Of a stretch of 60,286 nt of DNA, positions 50,997 through 60,286 are shown one piece after another. Numbering within the stretch: the first letter of the stretch is position 1; every line of letters begins with the position of its first letter. The stretch covers positions 1-60,286 of the forward strand of contig NW_026250459.1 in NCBI RefSeq assembly GCF_024521635.1, written 5' to 3'. The notes under the pieces are model-generated. The model saw only the letters and a program-made list of their open reading frames with translations. It ran no database searches and was not told the origin of the DNA. Source of the stretch: Tricharina praecox. Taxonomy: Eukaryota. The translations under genes and the position numbers were made by a program.

Positions 50997-52570
50997 CAGG
51001 GAGTGAGTCCGCATGACTATAGTAGTGATAGACTCGTCAGAAGGAATGGGGTTTCTTCTTGGTGTACCTATTGTGGTGCGTCGTCGGGGTTCCGTGGTTA
51101 CGCATTGGCGCTTGTCTCGGGTATTTATCCTTAGGTCCCTTACCGCCCAAGATCCGGCAACACCAACTTGGCTTCGTAACTTCGTGTCCCTTACCGTACG
51201 TCGAACTCGTGACATGTCTTCCGCGCTCGAAAGACCATCATCTCCCTGCTCCACAGCCTATAGTGCCGTTACGCTGTGTGATCTCGCTGTACTCCTGGAG
51301 AGCTACGGGAACGAACGTTCCTTAACTACCTACCTCCGAGTGAATAACGGCCTGTCAACCGCCCTCTGCCCTCTGCCGCCACGCGGTTTGATACATACAT
51401 ACGGGATAGGAGATTAGTATGCACCAGTCCGGGGGGGGGGGGGGGGCTGGGCCCGCTGTTTGCGTGGTTGCTGGTGCGCTGCTTGGTTGGTGTTTCTTTC
51501 GCCGAGGTCGAGGTCGAGGTCGAGGCGAAATTAGAGCATGTTGAGATTCACTTTCAAGATCACAAGTGAGTACGAGTACACAGAAGGAGCGCCCACAATA
51601 AAAGTGGCTTCCCGTGGGCACTGGGAACATTCTCTCGAATTCCCAATCCAAGCCCTATCTACCGGTATGCCCTTCTCTATGAACTCCCCCTCCCCCGCAC
51701 AGCCGTTACTAGCCGCCGTTGTCATCCATCCACCACCGACGCGCCGGCAACCCCGCAAATCCACCTCCCGAGTTCCCATATGGTTATCGTGCCCTCCCCG
51801 TGCAGCGCCCATCTCCGCCGCAACATGCGGGAGTGGTGTAGCGGGCCTAGCGGCGTTCGGGGGATTCCTAGCGGGGGATTGCCAATTGGTTAGATAGTTA
51901 GCGCTGCGGGAGAGCTTCCGCTTCGGGGAATCCTGTTGATCTCGGGGTTGAGTAAGGCAGGCAGAAACCTGGGATCATCGGATAAGGGAGAGCACATGTC
52001 GCACAAGAAGAGGGTTCGGTGGTACCGTAGGTCCGTAGGGTACGAGGGAGATGAAGATGAAGATTTCCGTGTGCTTGTGCTTGTGCTGTGGTGTGCGTGA
52101 TTGGATTGGGGGGTTCTCTGCGCGATCGTTGGGTGTGATGCAGTGGTGCACAAGGTTATCTCAACGGCTGGTTGCGCAAGGACAGATCCCCCTGCACGGT
52201 AAATACCCCGGACATCCACAGGTCCACAGGACCACAGATGAAGCGGAATCTCGCCGCAGCTGCTGTGTTTGGACGGATTGGGGCATATCGCCAGTGCCCG
52301 GTGGCCATGGGACGAGGATGGGGTTGGGGTTGGGGTTGGGGTACATAGAAGGAAACGAGCGGTGGGCGGTGGGTTCCGGACGGAGTGACGCTGGACGGTG
52401 GCAGTGGCAGAGGGAGGCGGCAGTTGGCCCGGGCGTAGGCGAGTATATAGACTTCGGGAGAGGACACATGAGGGAGTTGAAAGCTCCACGGGACTGTCGC
52501 TGTCCAGTTCAGTCTTCTCTAACCTTCGCTGCTCCACCGTAGAAGAAGTGAAGTGCACATCGCCACCGCC

Positions 52571-55094
52571 ATGAGGGTCCGTGCTATCCCTCAATGATGC
52601 CCATCGCTCGGGCCACATGCTGACTGGCTGACTGACTGTCTGACGTCACACCAGACCCTCCGCCTGCTCTCCACGCTGTCGCTTCCGCTGCTCGTCCTCG
52701 CGCAAGCGCAGAAGCTCCTAACTTTCAATGAGTCGCTCGCCGGCGGCTTCAGTCCGCAACGTACAGCCGTACAATGGGTAACCAACGCGGCGAATGCCTC
52801 CTCAGACGGGCTGTACATCACCAGCGACGCCTCAGGCTCGCTGCTATTCGTCAACATCGTCGACAATACGACGGAGACGTTCGTGGACGCCAGCGTTCTC
52901 GGGCTCGACTACTACGACTACTCCATACAGCCGTCGCAGGAGAACGTGTTGTTCTCGGCGAACTATACGAAGGGCTACAGACACTCGTACACCGCGGACT
53001 ACTACGTCTTCAATCGCGCCAGTGGCTCGGTCGAGCCGCTGGTTGACGCACAGGACGGCGATGTCCAGTACGCTGAGTGGAGCCCCAAGGGAGACGTCAT
53101 CGCGTTTGTGAGGGGCAATGATCTGTACATCTGGGAGGAGGGCATAGTGAGAAGGGTCACCCAGGATGGCGGGCCAGATGTGTTCAATGGCGTGCCGGAT
53201 TGGGTCTACGAAGAAGGTTCGTTCTGTCGTTCTGTCGCTCGGCTGCGATTGGGGAGGCGGGGGCTCGGAGGACTGACAGGCGACAGAAATCTTCGGGAAT
53301 AGATTCACCCTCTGGTTCTCGCCCGACGGAGCGTACCTCGCGTTCCTGCGGATGAACGAGACGGGTGTGCCAACTTACACGGTGCCGTACTACATGGCTG
53401 GTCAGGAAGTTGCGCCACCTTACCCACAGGAGCTCGAAATTAGATACCCCAAGGTCTCTGAGAAGAACCCGACGGTGACCTTCCACCTGCTGGAGCTCTC
53501 CACGTTCAAAGTCTCCGAGATCGAACACGACTCGTTTGCGCCGGCCGATCTGATCATCGGCGAGGTGTCGTGGGTGGCCGACGCGCACGAGAACGTCATA
53601 TTCCGCACGTTCAACCGGGTGCAAGACCGCGAGAAGCTTATCCTCGTTGATGTCGCTGCGGGCACGTCCAAGGTCATGCGCGAGAGGGATGGAACCGACG
53701 GCTGGCTGGATAACAACATGAGCATCCAGTACGTCGGCGCGCTCAACGGCAGCAGGAAAAAGTACTACATCGACCTCTCGGACCATACCGGCTGGGCACA
53801 CCTCTACCTCTTCGCCGTCGCCGGCGGCACTCCGGCGAAGGCACTCACGAGGGGGGAGTGGGAAGTCACCTCCATCTTGAAGATCGACACTGCGCGCGGG
53901 CTGGTGTACTACCTCTCGACGGAGCGGCACTCGACCGAGCGGCACGTATACTCCGTCTCGTTGCTTTCCGGCAAGAAGACCTCGCTGGTGGACACGACGC
54001 GCGACGGGTACTGGAGCGCATCCTTCTCATCTGGCGGGGGGTACTACATCCTGACCTACGCCGGCCCACACGTGCCCTACCAGCAGCTCTACAGCGTGTC
54101 CTCGCGCACGCCGCTGGCCACGCTCACCGACAACGCGCAGCTGAAGGCGCAGCTCTCTTCCTACCGCCTGCCCACAACGCGCTACCACGTCCTCCGCCAC
54201 CCCGCAGGCTACACCCTCAACGCGCGCGAAATCCTCCCCGCAAACTTCAACCCGCAGAAGAAGTACCCCGTGCTCTTCGACCCGTACGGCGGGCCCGGCG
54301 CACAGCAGGTCAGCAAGGCGTTCGTGACGCCCGCGTGGCGCCACTACATCGCATCCGATCCCGAGCTGGAGTATATCGTTGTGACGGTAGACGGGCGGGG
54401 CACGGGGTTCCAGGGACGCAAGTTTAGGTCCGCGGTGGTCAAGCGGCTGGGAGAGCTCGAGGCGCAGGATCAGGTCTGGGCGGGAAAGGTGTGGCAGGCG
54501 AAGAGCTATGTTGACGCCCGCCATATGGCCATCTGGGGCTGGAGCTTTGGCGGGTTCTTGGCGGCGAAGGTCGTCGAGCTCGATAGTGGCGTGTTCTCGC
54601 TGGGGATGATTACGGCGCCGGTTTCTGGTATACCACCACGCCCTTTCCCTCCCCACTCCACGCATACATACAAACTTGCTAAACAAAGCAAATAAGACTG
54701 GCGTTTCTACGACTCAATGTACACAGAGCGATACATGAAGACATTGTCATCGAACCCGTCGGGGTACATGTCCTCAGCGGTGACCGACCCAGCGGGATTC
54801 AAGCGGATCCCCGGCAGCGTTCTGATCCAGCACGGCACGGGCGACGACAACGTGCACTTCCAGCACTCGGCGGTGCTGGTCGATACGCTGACGCGCACTG
54901 GCGTCCCCCCGCAAAAGCTCGATGTCCAGTGGTTCACCGACAGCGACCATAGCAATAACTTCCATGGCGCCACGAGGTTCCTGTATAAGCAGCTCACTGG
55001 GAAGTTGTACGACGAGAAGAGGAGGAGCGGGATGGGGGGCGAGCATCAGTGGAGTCGTCGGGCAGGTGCGAAGGGATGTAGTGCATGCAAATAG
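52571..55094 (+). CDS. dpp4: Secreted dipeptidyl peptidase IV (peptidase S9B); exons 52571-52576, 52655-53216, 53287-54627, 54697-55094
   Basis: Signal peptide [32 protein letters not shown]; catalytic GWSFGG, DDNVH, DSDH; canonical introns. Confidence 0.93.
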
Positions 55095-55339
55095 TAATAG
55101 CCAAAGTCACCGAAATAGTTAATGGATTGCGTGGAATTGTATCAGTCATACTTTATTCCACCGTCCATTCCATAATCATGTAAGAGCTCCACGCTCAGAT
55201 AATATCCATAACCAAACCAAAAAACGAGAATGCCCAAAGTTGCCAGCCTAAAAACAAAAATGAAACCCCATGTCCAAAAGAAAGAAACCCATTACTCCGA
55301 ACCCTATTCCCAAGCAGCAGCAGCAGCAGCTGTGTTGCT

Positions 55340-56524
55340 TTAATGCTTCGCACTCGAAGCCTTCAGCTCCTCATAATCCTGCAGCACCAGCTTCGTCTCG
55401 GTACTATCCGGCGCGAAGCCGAGCACATCTTCACACACGTGTGCGAGACCCTTCTCGCGGATGGCGGTCTGCACCTCGACCGACTGCTTATCCTCGGGGT
55501 TATCGTACATGAGACACGCGGCGATACCCTTGATGAGGTTGGCATGGGGGAGGCCGTATTCGACCGCCATCTTTGTTGGGCCGACGAGGCGGTCGGCGGG
55601 GCCAAGCTTTCGGAGGGGCTCGCGGCCGACACGCGCAACGTCGTCCTTGATGTAGGGGTTGCGGAAGCGGTTCATGATCTTCTCGATGTACTTCTTGTGC
55701 TCCTCAAAGTCGAAGCCGTGCTTCTTGCACAGTGCCTGGCCGGACTCGACCATGGCGTCGTGCACGATCTTCTCGATCTCCGAGTCCTTGAGCGACTCGT
55801 CGACGGTGGCGTAGCCCTTGAGGTAGCCGAGGTAGGCGGTTGTTGCGTGGCCGCAGTTGAGAGTGAAGAGCTTGCGCTGGACGTAGGCGACGAGGTTGTC
55901 GGTGAGCTTCATGCCCTCGATGTGGGGACGGGGGCCCTTGAAGGCGGGCTCCTCGACGATCCACTCGTAGAAGGCTTCTACGCCGACGGAGAGGACGTTG
56001 CCGGTCGCGCCAGGGTCGAAGGGAGGGACGATGCGGTCTACGGCGCAGTTGGGGAAGCCGACGTATTCCTCAAAGTAGGCCTTGTCCTCGGAGTCGGCGA
56101 TGTGCTTGGCGATCTCGTCGCCGAGGTGGCGAGAGCCACCGGTCATGTTCTCACACGCGATGATGTTGAGATATGTCTTTCCCGCCTTGCGACGCTCGAC
56201 GATGCCCGCAGCGAGGGATCGGGCGATGATGCGGAGGACGTTGGGTCCTACGGCCGTGGTGATGATCTCGGCGTCGACAATGGCTTTGGTCAGCTCGGTC
56301 GGGTTGTTGGACATCACGCCGGAGACGTTCTTGATATCCTTTGTGGGCTCTTCGGGAGCGACATCGAGGATCGTGATGGTGTAGCCCTTGTGCTCGTTCA
56401 ATGCATTGATCAACTTATCCATCACGTCGGCAAATGTGACATGATAGCCGGAGTCCGAGAGGAGGGCGCCGATGAAGCCACGGCCGATGTTACCGGCACC
56501 GAAGTGGAGTGCTGAAGGAGCCAT
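55340..56524 (-). CDS. mpdA: Mannitol-1-phosphate 5-dehydrogenase (394 aa, intronless CDS)
   Basis: ALHFGAGNIGRGFIG, ITTAVGPN, IACEN, AVDRIVP, RKLFTLNCGHA, RVGREPLRKLGPADRL; strong codon bias. Confidence 0.95.
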   Translation of the reverse strand: MAPSALHFGAGNIGRGFIGALLSDSGYHVTFADVMDKLINALNEHKGYTITILDVAPEEPTKDIKNVSGVMSNNPTELTKAIVDAEIITTAVGPNVLRIIARSLAAGIVERRKAGKTYLNIIACENMTGGSRHLGDEIAKHIADSEDKAYFEEYVGFPNCAVDRIVPPFDPGATGNVLSVGVEAFYEWIVEEPAFKGPRPHIEGMKLTDNLVAYVQRKLFTLNCGHATTAYLGYLKGYATVDESLKDSEIEKIVHDAMVESGQALCKKHGFDFEEHKKYIEKIMNRFRNPYIKDDVARVGREPLRKLGPADRLVGPTKMAVEYGLPHANLIKGIAACLMYDNPEDKQSVEVQTAIREKGLAHVCEDVLGFAPDSTETKLVLQDYEELKASSAKH

Positions 56525-56796
56525 TGTGGTCTTTGTATGGGGATTTGTGTGGTTGGAAGTGGTAGAAGTGGTGATCTGGGAGAAAGGAATGCTCAGTATG
56601 CCGGACAAAACACGTAGACGCTCAAGTGCTTGGGACATTACTCGGGGGAGCAACGGGTATTTTATATGGATGTAGCTCAGGGACCAACTCACGATGCGAG
56701 GGGAAAAAGCCGCAGCTTAAGACAAAAAGGGCGAGCGGGGGATGTCGGGTTCCCAATATAAGCAAATGACGCAGTGCCGATTTCGATATATACCAA

Positions 56797-57104
56797 CTGT
56801 CCAGCACAGCCATGGCAGTCAGCACATGATCCCAGGAACCCTAATGCCGATATGGATTCGCGCTGACCGAAATCAGCCGAGAGGGAGGGCGCCGAGATGG
56901 CACGTACCTGGACTGAAGACAATCACGGGCTTGACTCGACTTGATTGGAGGGCTAGGGGACTTCAGGGGTGTATGTTGCGTCTAATTGCTGCGGCGAAGC
57001 ATTAGCTGATGTATCATAAACACGGGGCACTCGATTTCCGGGGGTAACAACTGTCGCTTGGGTAGGGTTTGATAGGAGAGTTAACAGGATGGCTATGTAC
57101 CTAC
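56797..57104 (-). other. Two predicted 5'-UTR introns of mpdA (57104/57100-56989 and 56907-56797)
   Basis: GTAGGT/GTACAT..GCTAAT..GCAG and GTACGT..GCTGAC..ACAG on the - strand; TATATA at ~57243-57248 and a proximal TATAAA at ~56661-56666. Confidence 0.55.
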
Positions 57105-59682
57105 CGGAGACGTTATCGGACAATTTTAGGCTGATTGTGACTGGCCGGCTGGCGGGTGGCGTGAGGATGGATGTACTGGTGACGATGGAGGATGTAGAGG
57201 AAGAGGATGAGCGGGCGATGAAGGAGGACAGCGGAGGGGAGATATATACGGGTGGGCCAGGACAGCAAGACACGATGGAGGAGAGGAGAAAGCGGAGAGG
57301 TAACACACAGAGAGGGGAACGCGCGGGGTTCGTGCATGCTGATTGTCTGGCTGCACGTCACGCCGCTGATCATTCGTCAATCAGGATCCGGGGGCCAGGG
57401 GTGTCCAAGCCCCATATGAGAGGAGTGTTGCGACGCCGGATTATTGCACCATTGGGCCTTGGGCGCGGGCTGAGAGGACCTCCTCTCTCCCCCCACCCCG
57501 CGTAGAGTAGAGTGCTCTGCAGCCAGAGTGGTGCCGGCGCGGCCGGGTTGACTGCAGCCCCAGCCAGTGAACACGCTCAAGCTGTCTCGGTATGTAGGCC
57601 ACCCACAGTCGTGTCGGAAGGCACGTTGATCGCGTACGATTGCGATTGCGTCGATCTGCTCTGCAAGCAATATATCTGTGAGAGTCACTTTATCTATGTA
57701 TTTTTGCCCCGCCATTCTCGCCTGCAATGGAATGCGAACTCCGTGCTCGACTGTCGACATGCCTCGGACTCCGCAGTGCATGTGCTGACATCGCCTACCT
57801 GCACTCCGCGGCACGCTCTTCGACCTGGAGTGCATCATGGCCATCGCACGGGCCTCAGCTTGGTCAACGTAGCGTCGCCGGCGCCACGGCGTTGTTGTCG
57901 TTGTCGTCACCCCCTCTGACTCCCCCAGTCTCCCACGAACGCCGCCAAAAGGACAGCCCAAACCGTCAACCGCCGCTAGCTGCCGCACCCCACGCCCACA
58001 AAGGAAAGGCCCGTCCATTGCCGTGGTCCCCGCCGGTACCGGTCCCGCCTTGGAACAACCCCGGGAAACAGATTAGCAAACGCCCATTAGTTTCCCCTCC
58101 ACCCAACCAAGTACGTACTACGTGCTCTACCCTCCTAGCACTTCCATCGACATCTGGAAACAAAAAGCATGGTTTTTTCTTTTTCCTGCCAGGACAGCGG
58201 GCGGGGGGATCGGGCAATGGCGAAGAGGGCCATCGGATATCGCGTCGAGAGCGATGTGGGATTTAACTTAACTTATGCGCGTGCATGTGTATGTGTGTGT
58301 GCATGTAGGGATCAGGAGGACCCTGTGAAGAAAACTTTCGTTGCCCCGCGCAACGTGCAGCGTGCAGCATCCGCATGCAGTGTGTATGCGGCTTTTGCGG
58401 CTTTGCCTTCTGCCCGGCCAGCGGCGGTGGTGGCAGTGCTGTTTGGTGGGATGGATGGATGTGATGATGATGGCGTGGGCGATCTTGCCTTGTTTTTCCA
58501 TCGGCCCGATCATCAGGGAGTGTGAGCGACAAACACAGATCTCCCGTCGGGATATTCAGGAACTGGCGAGGTGTGAAGTGGGGCGGACGGTGAACCGTGA
58601 CATCATAAACGTGGAGGATGGAAGCAGATGCCGGAGCCGGTTCTTTTCTGACACCGGGGAGATACCGGTGCACTCATACTAGTACATATCGGGATGACCC
58701 TCGTCGTGGATGCGATTACATAATTGCACCTGCGTGCGGAAATCCTCTGTTCCTCTCCCGTCGGGCAGAACGTGTGCCCGGACTTGGCTTCCTTGGTATC
58801 GAGCAGGAGACGTGGCTTTCGAGGACGATGATGCTTCGCGTCCAGACACGGCCCCTTTGGCATGGCTGCCCACGCCGATGTGGAGCTAGCGGCTGAGCGT
58901 CCGGCTCTTCCAGCCGTGACCTTGGAAAAAAAGGTTCGAGCCGGGCATTATCGGCGTCGCTGTTGGCCTTCCTTTATCTACCGTACTTTGTACTCGGTAC
59001 TCTACTTTCATCCTACCAAGTCCCGACTTCCCAGCCCATCCTCACTTCGGTCCGACTTCCTTTTCGGCTGTACGAATGGCTCAAAGAAAGCCTTGAGACC
59101 GGCCGAACTCGTCTTCCGCGATGATATCGAAAGCCAGTGGCTCGTACCGATACTATCGCACCAGTACTGTCGTCGTCGCAACTCGCGACTTCAGCGGGTC
59201 GTATTCGTCTTCTCGCTTCATTGACGTCATATCGGCTGCGGGGCGAGTCTGCAACGACTGTTCCATTGCGATAAATACATCAGTAACCAAGTGCGATTGA
59301 TGTCGGGGTAAACCCATACTTATGATCCATTGAGTCCTAACTACCGTATGTACTCATTTGATGTACCAGTTCAAGCCATGGAGTAACTCATCATTGCGTT
59401 TGTACTCGCCAGAATCACGTGCTACTAAAGCCGATCAAGCCACCCAGGTCCCAAAGAGCCTCACTACGACAGGACGAAACGGCGAACGCCGTTCCCACCA
59501 TGTTCCAAGGCCTAGAGTAGAGTAGTTAGGGTAGGTAGACCGCCAATCAATCAACGCGTCCACCTGTGACACTTGAGGCACATCCGTCCCACGCAGTGCA
59601 CTTACGCGCCATTCACTCTCACGCCCGCGAAACCCGCACCTCACGAGTCACGCTTCTTCTTTCTGCGCGCCACAGCAGCAGG

Positions 59683-60286
59683 ATGTCAGCAGATGCGTAC
59701 GGCAATCCGAACCCGAACCCGCTCCCGAACCCGCTCCCGAACCCGCTCCCGAACCTTACCGTCGTCACCGGATCTCGGCCGCAGCTGCCGGTCTGGCGTG
59801 CGTGCGAGGAGTGCAAGATCCGCCGCGTGAGTTTTCCCCGGTCTGGTTTTCCCCGGTCTGGTTGTGGTTTTACCACGCGCTTGGAAAGAAACATCTGGGC
59901 TCACATCTTCGCTTTCTGTGCGCAGGTCAGATGCACTCATAAGCAGGCTATGTTGCTGCCGCTCAAGGGACCCGACGAGCCCGCCGGTATTCGCCCCGTC
60001 GAGGATTATCCCTATCAGCCGTCGCCGTTCGGACGGCAGCCGAAGGTGAGGATGCCGAGAGTGAGGAGGCCGCCGAAGAAGCGGGCTGGGAGGAAGCGGG
60101 AGTGGGAGGATAGTGATGAGGAGGAGGAGGATGATGAGGAGGAGGATGAGGAGGAGGATGATAATGAGGAAGACGAAGACGAGGAATTTGGTGATGATAT
60201 TGAGGGGGAGGACAACGATAAAAACGACGAAGGCCTGGCTGGAGAAGAGGAGGATGGAAAAGCTAGGCACGATGCGCAGAACGGCG
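59683..60286 (+). CDS. 5' part of a nuclear protein with a truncated Zn-cluster-like CxxC-x6-CxH motif and long acidic tract; exons 59683-59826, 59926->end
   Basis: Spliced WRACEECKIRR|VRCTHKQ; basic NLS-like RRPPKKRAGRKR; poly-D/E tract; intron GTGAGT..GCAG phase 0. Confidence 0.7.
   Translation, partial: MSADAYGNPNPNPLPNPLPNPLPNLTVVTGSRPQLPVWRACEECKIRRVSFPRSGFPRSGCGFTTRLERNIWAHIFAFCAQVRCTHKQAMLLPLKGPDEPAGIRPVEDYPYQPSPFGRQPKVRMPRVRRPPKKRAGRKREWEDSDEEEEDDEEEDEEEDDNEEDEDEEFGDDIEGEDNDKNDEGLAGEEEDGKARHDAQNG

Noticed and set aside
55343..56515. 390-aa ORF antisense to mpdA
   Set aside because: Mirror frame produced by strong C/G third-position codon bias; no independent motifs
1..60286. tRNA, 5S or snRNA genes
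   Set aside because: GGTTCGA hits (e.g. ~4756, ~20728, ~58933) lack cloverleaf context; no 5S or U-snRNA signature found by eye

Overview
Intron-containing fungal (filamentous ascomycete) genomic DNA. Conserved genes sit on both flanks. Left: acuK/ERT1-type Zn2Cys6 regulator, DHA1-type MFS transporter, two low-complexity hypothetical genes and F-box DNA helicase fbh1. Right: dipeptidyl peptidase IV, mannitol-1-phosphate dehydrogenase and a truncated-Zn-cluster acidic protein cut by the window end. Between fbh1 and dppIV lies a ~24 kb accessory region (about 27-51 kb). It holds three paralogs of an intronless protein with a HEPN-like E...R[H/N]xxxH motif (one intact, two disabled), two ~7-TM membrane proteins, a 1597-aa signal-peptide/multi-TM/ankyrin protein with a block-duplicated repeat array, a pseudogenised MFS gene, and relics of a LINE (with TSD), a Tc1/mariner transposase and a candidate solo LTR. 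The strongest leads are the putative HEPN-RNase plus membrane-receptor island (candidate immunity, non-self recognition or toxin locus; inference only) and a 328-bp tandem non-coding duplication whose stems are conserved while loops diverge. All exon calls were read by eye from GT..AG and branch-site motifs; no database search was run.
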